NCBI GenBank assembly: GCA_004431415.1
Contig: QPMI01000005.1
Span: 930,001 to 994,000, forward strand
Reading direction: 5' to 3'
Source of the DNA: Cyanophora paradoxa CCMP329
Taxonomy: Eukaryota; Plantae; Glaucophyta
Length of the DNA: 64,000 nt
Both the position numbers and the translations under genes were made by a program. Shown here one piece after another: positions 8,573 to 20,100 of this stretch. The first letter of the stretch is position 1. The number at the start of each line of letters is the position of its first letter. Below the pieces are notes generated by a model. The model was given only the letters and a program-made list of their open reading frames with translations, made no database searches and was not told where the DNA came from.

Positions 8573-8890
8573 TCCTATTCACCTGAGATGATTTAGTTTG
8601 ATCTTTGGTTATATATGAGTAGTATCTCAACAAGATAATAGCCGCCGTACGCGTAGTAGTCCGGCCCCGGCGGTCGCTTTTCAAGATATTATGAGAAGTA
8701 GTATCTCGCTGCCGCTACCTGATCACCGATTGCTGTATTTTGGTTTCCCTGCTGATAATGAGGCTCATCGATCAGTCACAGGCAATTGAGTCACCTGTTG
8801 TTTTCAGTCGGACTGCTTTTTCTACCGTTTTCATCTAAATCTGGGCTTAGTAGTACCATCAGCACGCAACATCGATCGATCGGTTTTATA

Positions 8891-9004
8891 GGGGGAGGGT
8901 GGGGCGGGGAGGGGGGAGAGCGAAGAGCGGGGAGGGAGGGGGGGGGGGGGGGGGGGGGGCTGGGGGCGGGGAGGGGGCGGGCGGGGGCGCGGGCGGGCAA
9001 GGGG
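8891..9004 (+). repeat. G-rich tract with a long G homopolymer (G-quadruplex-prone)
   Basis: Multiple G3-G22 runs. Confidence 0.85.
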
Positions 9005-9019
9005 CGCACCGTGAGGCTC

Positions 9020-9918
9020 ACGGATTCATTTCCAACATCGCCTTCGTTGCCACTCTCATTCTGCTTTTCTTCTTTGGCGAGGAGCGGGTACGCTTCTTCG
9101 CAGAGTTCGATGTGCGCATTTTACGCATATGGTGCGTTGATCATGAATGTCGAGAACCTGAGCCGACTATAATGCCGTGGATGGCGGCACCCCTGAGCCT
9201 TCTATCGGACTCGAAACCGGCGGACGGCGAAACGAATGTGATCGGGGAGGAGTCCATCGCGGGCGCCGTCTTCTCGAACCTGGACGGCGATGGCGACGGC
9301 GACGGCAGCAGCGATGGCGACGGCGAACTGCAACTCGAGCCGGACCGGCCCGGGTACCAGCAGGGCCGGGGGCGGCGCCCGCTGGACTGGGTCTCGGAGG
9401 AGCGCCCCGCGGAGTCGGCGAGGCGCGAGCGCGATGATCCGTCCGCGGCCGCCGGCGTGCCGCCTCTCTGGCACATCGACGCCGCGGATGCGGACGGAGA
9501 AGAGGGAAGAGTGTCGACGTCGCAGCCGCCGCCGCCTGCGCTGCCCGTGGCCAGCCTCCCGCTGGCCGACGAGCTCGAGCTGAGGGACAGGCTCGGCCGT
9601 CTCGGCCAGCTGTCGGTCTCCGTCAGCCGCGACACGCTGGCGCCGCCGCCCGCCCCCGGCGCGTTCTCGGCAGCCGCGTCTCCCGCCGCCGCGTCGCCCG
9701 GGCACGTCCCTTCTATCGCCGTCTCGCGGCCGTCGTCGGTCTTCGAATTCGACGAAGGGCAATTCGACCTCGTCGTGGAGACGCCGGGCGGGGCCCGCGG
9801 GGCCGCGGACCTGCGGCCGCCCGCCTCGGCGGCCGGCTCCCGGACCCCGTCCCCAGGCGCGAGCCCGCGGTCCGCCGGCTCGGCGCGCTCGGCGCGCTCG
9901 GCGGGCCGCCGTCAATAG
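9020..9918 (+). pseudogene. Paralogous 3' fragment of the same TM gene family (last TM helix + tail)
   Basis: GFISNIAFVATLILLFFFGEER|gt matches GLISNVAFVAVLILMYFFGEER|gt at ~7580-7647. Shared QLEPDRPGY, LPLADEL and FDL(I/V)VETPGG. Confidence 0.75.
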
Positions 9919-10231
9919 CGATGCGCATCCCCTTGCAATTGCGATAAATCTCTTTTTCGGCATTTTTTTGGTAGAAGCTGGCCATGGGAATTCGAACTCT
10001 GGAAGTTAGAATATTCCGAGAAGTGTGCCGCGAGCAGAATGTTAACGCTATACTACGTATAAAATGCATATGATAGCTTTGGGCGCTAATTTGTTTCCCC
10101 CGGGGAGGGGGGGCGCGTGGGGGAGGGGGGGCGCGTGGGGGAGGAGGACCTACTAGGCTATTTATCCGAGCAAAAGAAGAGACTGCCCCGTCCCGGTCTC
10201 GCCTGATTATGAGCTCTGGTCCGTTGCGCAG

Positions 10232-10322
10232 CTACATCATGAACAATTGCAAGAAGCCGCGCCTGGCCTGGGAGCTCTACCTCAAGATGGAGACCTCCAA
10301 CGAATCCTTCTCCCTCCTCCAG
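10232..10322 (+). pseudogene. IFT56: Isolated exon of intraflagellar transport protein 56 (TTC26/DYF-13)
   Basis: AG|...|GT-bounded exon encoding YIMNNCKKPRLAWELYLKMETSNESFSLLQ, recognisable as the conserved IFT56 segment. No neighbouring IFT56 exons were found. Confidence 0.8.
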
Positions 10323-10496
10323 GTACCCCCACTGAACGACTGAACGAACTCTGTACCCCTCCGCCGCCAGATCTAGATCGCATGTGCATGTGCGGATGAT
10401 GTGTAGGGCTAGCGCTGGGATCAGTCGAAACCCACCGCTTTCAGTACGTATATATACTGATCTTGAATAGGCTTTCAGATTTTGAGCTTAAGCAAT

Positions 10497-10670
10497 TTAG
10501 TTGACATCAGAGAACACCCGCTCAATCTGCAGAGCCGACGTGGATATTACTATTGATGGAACAATTGCAAACAAGGCCACGGGCCCGGGAATTCGAAGCT
10601 TGAGCACGACAATGGATGCCGGGATGTTGCAGGGAGAGTGCGCAATCGCGAGATACTTGCAGCCAAATTG
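10497..10670 (-). pseudogene. Degenerate hAT transposase C-terminal dimerisation domain relic
   Basis: CKYLAI ... STSALQIERVFS resembles YLAIPATSAxxERxFS split by an insertion. Confidence 0.4.
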
Positions 10671-11125
10671 CAGGCCAGTGCAAAGGCGCTGCATGCACAT
10701 CGACCCACTGGGCCAGCGCAGAAGGCTGCAGCCAGAAGCCTGAGTCTGCCCGACAGGCTGTGACAGCAGGCTGCAGGCTGCAGCCTGCAACAAAGGACAA
10801 TATCAATGAATGGCAAAACACAAGCTGGTCAATGAATGACAGATCTAGAACAACGAGAACAACGGACTAGATTAACTAATTCTGTGAAGCTATTAAGTTG
10901 GATGTTCAACGGTTTGCCCACCCACCACAATAGACGGGGACAAATTAAAGTTAGACTATATAGATCTGCTGCCAGTCTGCTGCCAGACTGCTGGTCGCTT
11001 TAAGTATACAAGCGGTACTATGGCGTACCCTCAAAAAGGACAGACTGTTAGACGGGGTCACGGGGATTAACTTAGACGAATGGGTTGCCTCGTCTATCCG
11101 ATCCGCGCCTAACTCTAGATCTCTA

Positions 11126-11330
11126 CCTGAGTCCTGAGTCCGACGGTCCTGAGTCCTGACTCCTGACTACTGATGACTCAGCGTGGCAGTGATGAGTCCG
11201 ACGGTCGTGACTCCTGACTCCTCAGCGCCTGACTCCTGAGTCCTGACTCCTGAGTCCTGAATCCTGCCAGGCTGAGTCCTGACTACTGATGATGAGTCCT
11301 GCCAGGGCTGAATCCTGCCAGCTGGCAGAG
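11126..11330. repeat. Low-complexity CCTGAGT/CCTGACT heptamer array
   Basis: Repeated CCTGAGT/CCTGACT units. Confidence 0.75.
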
Positions 11331-11516
11331 CCTGGCACTGCCTGGCAGGCACGTGCACTGCGCATGCATATGCCAGCTGCAGGCAGTGGCAGGCTCTGAG
11401 CCTCTGGCAGGCATGCGCAGACTCAGCAGCGCAGTCACGCCGCAGTGGCAGCTGCAGCCTGCAGGCTGATGATGATCCCCTGAGTCCCCGGGGCCGGGGC
11501 CCGGGCCCCTCCCTGT

Positions 11517-11689
11517 TACCGTAAAACACAATATTAATGCGCTCAATATTAATGCGTTTTTACGCTTTCTCGCCTGCAGGAGGGCCCGGGGGGTACTGAC
11601 TGCATGCAGTTTCTTAAAGTTCTGTTATTGATGCCGCAAATTGGGGACGCATTGATATTATGTGCGCGTAAATATTATGTCTTACGGTA
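11517..11689. mobile_element. MITE, Tc1/mariner-pogo-like (TA-CCGTA termini)
   Basis: TACCGTAAAACA...AATATTAATGCGT versus ACGCATTGATATT...TGTCTTACGGTA imperfect inverted ends. Confidence 0.65.
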
Positions 11690-12297
11690 GGAATCCTTAA
11701 TATTAACACCTACTGAGAGTCTGAGAGTCATTGCAGCTGACTCAGTGAGCCACTGATCATGACTCTCAGTGAGTCAGTCACCGAGTCACTGGGCCGGCCG
11801 CGGGACCGGCGCAGCGCTAGCGGCGGCGCTGCCCGCGCGGGCCCGGGCCGGGGGGGATGGCGGGGGCCCCCGCCGGCTTTTTGGCCCCGGGCCGCGGGCC
11901 GGGCGGCCCGGGCCCGGGCCGGGGCGGCGCCGCAGCGGCGGGCCGCGGGCCCCGGGGCCCGGGCCGGGCCCCGCGGCCGAGCCCCCGCGGCCGGCCCCCC
12001 AGCCTGGCAGCGGCCCGCCGACCGTCGGACCGATCCGATGATCGCGAATCCATTCCGAAGTTCGCGAGTCGCGAGTCGCGACTCATCGCGATCGACATCA
12101 GTGTGTGACTTTGCATGTGGGTCCATTGTTGGATCATATTTAGATCATATATGAGAGCATATTTAGGCATATATGATCATGAATTGATGCAATCGATCAT
12201 GATTACTGAATCAACAATACTGAATCATAATACTGCCGCAGTGCCAGGCTACTCAGTGACTAGTACACTGACTACTAGGCTACTACTACTAGCCTAC

Positions 12298-12631
12298 TAC
12301 CGTGTAACACATAAATACTGGACTCAGTTAATTAACAGAGTCCCAAATTAACAGACCGAAATTTTGACATAGTCTGTTAATTTGGGACTCTGCTAACTCG
12401 CTGCTGTTCAGTCGTCTCATACAATCTACCCCCCAACATTACTGCCCCAATCCTAAATTTGCATGATCTGTTAATTTGGGACTCGTTATTTCGCCTAATT
12501 ATAAGGGATGGCCAGATTTTATAACCTGTTAATTAACGGGCTACTATTAACGGGCTACTACTACTACTACGGGCTACTAATTAACCTGTTATTTCGCCTA
12601 ATTAATAAGGGATGGCCAGTGTTACACGGTA
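12298..12631. mobile_element. MITE with TACCGTGTAACAC inverted termini and subterminal repeats
   Basis: Perfect 13-bp inverted ends (12298-12310 and 12619-12631). Internal GAGTCCCAAATTAACAGA in both orientations. Confidence 0.7.
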
Positions 12632-13044
12632 GGCTTACTACTAGTTACTAGTAGTAGGCTAGGCTAGGCTAGGACTGAGGCTAGGCTTTTGGCTTGACAT
12701 GCCGGCCGCCGGCTCTAGATCTGCCGGACTCTGGCCAGAGATTTCATCATGGCATGCGGCGAATCATGCCGGTCTGACCCGGTCGACGTCACAGTGGTCA
12801 CACACGGCGTCATGCCGGCTATCATAGTATGCCAGGCCACTGAGGCCAGCTGCAGCCTGCAGCTGCAGACTGCCCTCAGACAGGCTCAGAGTCCCCTCTG
12901 CAGCTGCTCTAACTTTTAGTAACTTACCCCCTACCGCCGGGCCGGTACTAGGCTAATGGGCCCCTAAGCCCAGCCGGGGACGAGGGCCCTGCACCGGCGC
13001 GGCCTGCAGCACCGGCCGCCGACTGTTACTAGTACTAGTACGTA

Positions 13045-13164
13045 TACGACGCTTAACGTTGGCCTGTTACGACGCTCAACGTTGGCCTGTTACGACGCTT
13101 GACGTTGGCCTGTTACGACGCTTAACCGTTGAACGTTGGCCTGTTACGACGCTTAACGTTGGCC
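13045..13164. repeat. 23-bp minisatellite x5 (TACGACGCTTAACGTTGGCCTGT)
   Basis: Units at 13045, 13068, 13091, 13114 (with insertion) and 13145. Confidence 0.9.
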
Positions 13165-13321
13165 GGCCGCCGGGCGATGGCTGCCAGACGCGTACGGCGC
13201 CACAGCCGCGCCAGCTGCAGTCACTGACTCGGTCACAGTCTCGGTGAGTGGCCGCACTGGCCGCCGCCGTGGCCGGCGGGCAAGCCCGGCCGGCTAGCCA
13301 ACTAGGCTTGGAGCCTAGTGC

Positions 13322-13636
13322 TACCGCTAAATTGCCGTGCTGTAAAATTGCCGAATTGTCTCTGTGCCCCCTGATTGCCGTGTCTTAGTTCCTTTGCTTT
13401 TTGTCTCTGTGCCCCCTGGACAGCCCCCGCAGTGCTGGTGTTTAGAGACTGTGGCCGGTAATTCACCAAAAAAAACAATTGCCGAATTCGCCCAAAACCG
13501 GAATTGCCGTGGCAATAAATTGCCGTATTCAGATTTTGCTCTATAGCGGGCTAGGAAAATACCTACCCCCACTGGGCCAGCAATATTGCCTCGGCAATTT
13601 ACGGCAATTGTCGAATTCGACCTCTCGGCAATTTAG
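13322..13636. mobile_element. Degenerate MITE with AATTGCCG subterminal repeats
   Basis: CTAAATTGCCG at left, CGGCAATTTAG at right, many internal AATTGCCG copies. Confidence 0.55.
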
Positions 13637-13682
13637 TAGGCAGTAGGCAGTACTAGCAGCTGAGTTGTGGGCCTACCGGGTA

Positions 13683-13911
13683 TACTGTAGGATGGCTTAA
13701 ATTGCCGTGTAGTTAAATTGCCGAATTCGGCCAAAACCGGAATTGCCGTGGCGATAAATTGCCGAAACTCTGGATATTTTCTATGGCGCCATACAAAAGC
13801 GGCCATTTTGCCCTGCCCCCTGAGAATTGCCGTGGCTCTAAATTGCCGAATTTGGCGTCTCGGCAATATACGGCAATTTAAAAGTACGGCTAAAAAAGCC
13901 ATCCAGCAGTA
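13683..13911. mobile_element. Related MITE with TACTG..GGATGGCTT inverted termini and AATTGCCG repeats
   Basis: TACTGTAGGATGGCTT versus AAGCCATCCAGCAGTA. Confidence 0.65.
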
Positions 13912-14116
13912 CTATGATAGGGCCTACTACAAGCTCTACAACTTCTACAAGTACTACGGTATACTATGATAGGCTATGGCCTGCTAGCTATCATAGTATA
14001 GGCTACTATACACTGTATACAGTCTATACCGGTACACCGGGTAGGCTTACTAGGCTACTAAGCAGCCCAGTGCTCAGCGGCTAGGCTTTGCTAATAACTG
14101 AATTACAATTGCAAGT

Positions 14117-17100
14117 ATAAGAAGTTTTCAAGTTTGCCGCACTTTTGCGCCGCCAGCCGGCGCCGCCGCGCCAGGCCCTGAGGCTCAGCGGCTGCGCGCG
14201 GCGCGCTGGCGCCACGCTGCCAGCCTGCCACCAGGCTAGCCAGACTCTGAGTGAGTCGAGTCTGAGAACCGGAGCACCACCGGTCCTAGACTCCTAGGTA
14301 TAGCCTGTAACCGTATAGGTAGCTTCCCAGACAGTGCTTCCCAGACAGTGCGCCCAGACAGCAGCAGCTTCCGACGTCGACGTTCCCAGACAGTACGCCC
14401 AGACAGTGTCCCCCGGTATCTACGTAGCTTCAGGCTTTCGGCTGCCCAGACAGCAGCTGCAGCAGCACCAGCTGCAGCGCGCGCGCACACACACACACAC
14501 ATATGCATATGCATGCGGCTCACAACGATATCCGATGATCCAGCCGTATAATTGGGCTTGCGTATAGCGACGCACGTGTTCGTTGTGCTGGATTTGCTCG
14601 CCACGGCGCCGGCGCGGCGCTCGAACGCTGCTGATTTGCTGGGGGAATGCGGTGCCACGGTGAGCTATCACTTCTATATCATGAACATGTATATATACGC
14701 ATGCCATGACACGCGGCATACGAATAACGTATACTCGCGGCAGGTCCGACGGTCTATATGTAAGGACCATCATGAGAAAATATCTGTGAGCCTGACAGGC
14801 AAGCACTGTCCCGGTCTACTAGCTATAGGCTCAGCGGCTACAGCGCTAGCGCTGGCTATAGCGCGCCTAGTCGATCGGATCCGGAGGCCTGGCTGGTGTC
14901 CCTATAAGCCTTTCGGAAGTTCGGAGGCTTAGGCCCTAGCCCCAGCGGCTCACGGTCGCACTGCTGCTGCAACGGCCGAGCATTGTACGCGTGCGGCGTG
15001 TCTGGGGCGACGTGCGCTTATACGTACGGTCGTGCGCTTTCATGATTCAAGATTTGATATCGAAGCGTGTGCGCATGCATTCAATGCGCAGTTGACATTG
15101 GTATTCAGCTGCAGAGTCTACTGCAGGGCACAGGTCGACTTGCCGAGTCGGAATCTCGGATTGATCCACATTCTTGATCTCTATCGAACGCATTGCACAT
15201 GGGGTTGACGCGCGCAGCAACAGCGTTTAGCATCGTGCTTCTTGTGCTGCTCGTCGCCGCGCGGATCCGGAGCGCCAGCGCCCAGGCTCCGCCGACGTGC
15301 GGTGAGCTTGATCATGCCCATGATCGATATCGATGACCCTGATCGACACAATATGTGCATATGCATCCCCTCATCGTCTTGGATTGAGCGCGCGACAGGT
15401 CTCAAATTCGGGAGAACGGCGCCGGGGTCGGCTTTTGGCTTCGACAAGTACACCACAATGCGCCTGCTGCGGCCGTCGGAGTTGGCTTCTTCTGAGACAG
15501 CAAGAGTGGCTCTCGTCAACTCTTACCCCAAGGTGCGTCGCGATCGCAAACGTGGCATTTGTTTGCTGTCATCGAAGCCAACGATAACGCCGGCTGCGGC
15601 CTTTGTCAGATCCGCTACACGAATCCCATGACATTGGTGCGTATTTTCGTTTGTTCTCGTGCAATGCTTCTGAGATCTTTCCTTCGTACGCACGTGCACG
15701 TGGCTGGTGACTTAGGAATTCTGGTGAGGACTCGCTATATATTGTATTCCAGGTCTGATCACTTTTCAATGCTGAAGCTGCTGATGGGCCTGCGCATGCA
15801 GGATAAAGAGCAATGTCGCGGCGGGCGATTACATGATAAATCCAACGGGAATCATCGCGTTCGGCAATTACGAGGTCGGCGCCCCCTGCAAATCGGCTTT
15901 TCAGCTCTGACTTGCGGCCCATTGGGCGTAGGACGATGAATTCTCCGTGGTAGGCGCTGATATCGGCCGATATCAGGCCATCCCGATCGCAAGCTTAAGC
16001 ACGTCTGATCGATTTCCGATCCGTTCTGGCGCGCACTCACAGTCATTCGGCTACGATCGGCACAACAACGTTAACCGAAATTTTTTGAATGTTAACATGA
16101 CGGTCCGTCCAGAGCGCATGCGCATGCATTTGCGAGAACAGATAGCCTGATCGCGCTACCACGATCGCCTACGAGCACAGTACGGAAGTCTTTCAAGCAC
16201 AGCGCGCGGGTCCGTTACTTTGTACGGTGGTGTTGCAAGCGATGCGATCCCGGTGCGCTTCGGCATCACATCAAAATCTCAATTTGCATCTTTGCTTTGG
16301 CTGTTTCTAACACCCCATGCAACTCTATCCGCATATTATAGCGGGATGGCAGCTGGGTGCGTTGAATGTAATATTTATTCTACAGTTAATATTTGACTTC
16401 ATCGATCGCTTGCAATGATTCTTCGTGATGGCGCAGTACCATGTGGTAAGTGCACTGTAACACTATTTAACTACCCGTGCGCCCGTGCGAACCTCGAGAA
16501 CAGGCTATAGTGATAGAGGCGACCGATGCGAGCAACCGGGCGCAAGTCCGTTGGTACAGGCGCGCGCGCGCTTCGTTGCAGATCCGGGCTCATGATCAGG
16601 TATTAGTCCAGAACGCCTTTACTGACTTTTTGGTTCGCCTAGAAATGGCGTTGCTGGAGGCTTTTCGGCGCGGGGATCGTTTCTTAGCGATCCCAATACG
16701 AGACACAAATTGGTGAATGCAGCCACATGCATTTGCAGTGCACGTGCACCGATATCGACTAATTATAACTTGCACGATTACACACAGCCCCCACTCTGGT
16801 CGACAACTAACATCGACCGATACTACTTGCATGTCACGGGCACGGGCTCGGACAGACGATACTTCGACCGCTTCGGGATTCGAGCGGGGCTCATCGGCGA
16901 AACCTTCCGCGCCCGCCCCTCCAGCGCCGTGAGTACCGGCCGCCGCCGCTGTCGTCGACGTCGTGGCCGCCGCCATCGACGTCGACCGCCGGACGACCGC
17001 TAAGTTCTGTGGCCACTGTACAGATCACCGCTTCCCAACTCACGGTCGCCAACCGAGCCGACTTCAGCCTCGTGAACACGGACCTTGCCGAGATCCGCAT

Positions 17101-20100
17101 GTGGGCAGCAGCCCTCACCGCAGCAGAAGTCGGGGACCTGTACAACAATGCATTCTCCTGCGACTACTTCAGGAAGCATGAGCTCTACCAGTGCGCCCGC
17201 GATATCGAATTCCTGTTAACGTCCTTGAGCTGATTGGTTTTCTCGTCAGTTATTGGAAGGTGTGTCTGCGCTCGCAGTGCTCCCAGCACGCGCGCCCTCA
17301 CGCATACGGCCCCCGCTCACGTTGCGATGTTCGCACCCGAAGTTCAACGAAATCAACGTGCGTTCGAGTTTTTATATATATATATGCTCTGCCCCGCTTC
17401 ACGATCAGAGATATTCATTATCTTCCGGCTTGGGGGGCGCCGGGCCTTCAGACCGCTACGTCCTTCGCAGACTCGAGCGGGAGCGGCCTGCAGATGGTCG
17501 TTCCCGCCCTTTCTTACGATGAGCCCCCCGTGGGTTCATGTTCGGCGGGTACTCGGGCGGACGTCTCCGTCGCAAATTGCTTCCCGACGGGCAGCCTGGA
17601 TCTCGACGTCGTGATTGACTCGTACCGGCTTGTTGCAAAAACCGCCCACTTCGAGATCGCGGTGACGAACTCCGGGCCTTCCGACGCCGCCGTCTCGATG
17701 TGGGTCGACTGCGTGCGCGTCGGCACCACAGGCAATTCGTTCTCGACGATGGTGTATGGAAATGTGAAGGTTGCCTACGTCGCGGCCAACGGAGGCGAGG
17801 CGAAGGTCACCATCACCGAGGCAGACCAGTGAGCCCCCGCGGCCGCGCGCAAGCTTTTGATCCGCACTCGATCTCGCCTGAATATTAATCCAACGCCGCA
17901 ACGTTAACCGAACCTCAGAATGGTCGCTAGCGAAGGCTACAACTGCACCGCAAAGATCGGACGCGGTAATACCGTATTGAAGTCGTCGGCCCCCACACCG
18001 ACAATCCGCGTGCCCGCGCACAAGAACCCAGCCTGCGGTGCGGGATCGCGACTCTCTCACGATTGCGCATAGCAGCTCAATTCCTCGGCTGTTATATATG
18101 GCGCAGGGCTCCGATTCCGGAGCTCCGCTTTTGGAGCTGCGGCACTAGAAGGCGCAGCAATAACAAACTTCGCATACAGCTCGACTTTTGTGAACCCCGT
18201 GACCATTGAATTCTGGCGCGTCGTCCTCTTGATGCTCCCCGTTGGCATTGCCCCTCCTCCTAACAATCACTGGAAGGGTGTGTCGCGTCAACCCAGTTGA
18301 CGGGGTGGATAACACCCAAGGCCAACTCTTTCCATGGCCCATCTTCAGTCAGTGGAACCCCTCGGTCGCGGGGACCGCCTTCAAGATCTGGTGCGCATGC
18401 ACGCGATTGGTGCTTCCCTCGAGCGCGGGCTAATTATAATCCCTGTGCTCAGGTTCTGGATGAAGCCAACCTCCTCGGGCTCGTTCAGGACACTGCAAGT
18501 CCAGATGGGGTACGGCGCTGAATTTTACAGAAGCTGCGAGGCAATCGACTCCGTTGGAAATGGGCAAGGCCTTCTCCCGGTGCTCGCGCATTTGAACAAC
18601 TAGCCCATTTTGCATAATGCTCATATTCCACTGCGCATGATCTTTCGTTGCGTTTCTCTCATACTTAGCCAAATACTTGGGTGCGCATGCGCAATTTGCC
18701 CTTAAGCGCTATTCATAATACCATGCTAAGTCTGCTCTGCTGACATGTTGTGATGTGGGTTGCGCGGCATGCGTAGATTCATTACGTGCGCTCGTGCAAT
18801 TTTCCAGAATTCTTGCAATTTGCACCGCGGTGCTGCGCATACTGATCAGGCTCTTCGCGGTTAACGTTACAGGCGGTTGTCATCGGCCAGACGACCTCTG
18901 GAAACGTAGCATCTCTCGCCTGCTATCGTAACGGAGCCCGAATGACTGTTGGTGGCCCGAACGATGCCGCTTCCATTGGACCCCGTGCTGTGGTGGGCGA
19001 TCCGTTGAACAAAATGACTCCAATGCGTTCCGGCTATGCGAGGGCGACGGCAAAGATCGGCGAGGCCGATAATCCTTGGGAGCAGCCCAAGGGCGTTGTG
19101 ATTTCTGAGTGCGTATACGAATGCGCTTATCTCAGCCGTTGCCGCGCGGGATCCTGTTGGTGTTGGTTGTGCTTTGACCAATTGCAAGTATCATTAATGT
19201 CACTGGCGCGTGCGCAGGTTCAAAGCTTGGAAGCAAGCGCTTACACAGGCGGAGATCCAGGACTTGTACATGAACCGCATCTCGTGCCGCATGCTCCTGT
19301 GCGCTGTTCCATTGCAGAACCCGTTTTTGCGTGCTTCGTTCTGAAGGCCAGATTCGCTCGGTCCTGAATCGGTTGGATCCCTGCAGGAAGTATCGCATGT
19401 ACATGTGAGCCCTTATAGTTACTAGCTATAGCTTTCTCCATGATCATGAATGCTGACAATTGCGCCCGTAGGTACTTCAAGAACAACGAAATAAATGTAT
19501 TTGAAGAATGAAACCAGTCCTTCTAAGTATCGCTCTTCTGATCTTCTTTGGCAGAGCGCTACAGCTGTCGCTAAAGACTACAGCGGAACTTTGTTGAACG
19601 GAAAGGCTCAAACGCTGAGCCCGGAAGGGACTGGTTCAAGCCGGCCGGCATTCGGATGCAGTGCTGTTTCCGGCAACGCTACCCGCAACATTGTCGTGGA
19701 GAAGTGCGCTTGGTTCGGGGGTAAGCTATTCGCCAAATGACTCGAAACATAGCACACATACTTAACCGTGTGCGCGTGAGCAGCGAACATTACGGCGCAA
19801 CCAACTGGTCTCACTTCTTACTTTCCGGTGACGGTGACCAGTGTTTCTTCGACGGCGGCCACGTTCGTTGCATATTTCTCGTTTGACGAGGGCCGCAGAT
19901 CAAAAACCTGGCCGTGTGGGGCGGCGCCAGGAGCGTTTCTGTCCGCGTGAACTGCACGCTCAACGGCACGGCGGACGCTTCCGGAGTCAGCGAAGCCCAG
20001 GGAGCCGTTGGCCTCGTCAAGGGCCAGCAGAAGTCCTTCGTCTTCACTCTTCGGAACTTGACGATGGGGACCGACTACAGCTGCACAGCAGCTCTCAGCA

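Noticed and set aside
8899-9020. Gly-rich N-terminus of the 339-aa ORF
   Set aside because: It is read-through of a G homopolymer tract and an intron, not a real protein start.
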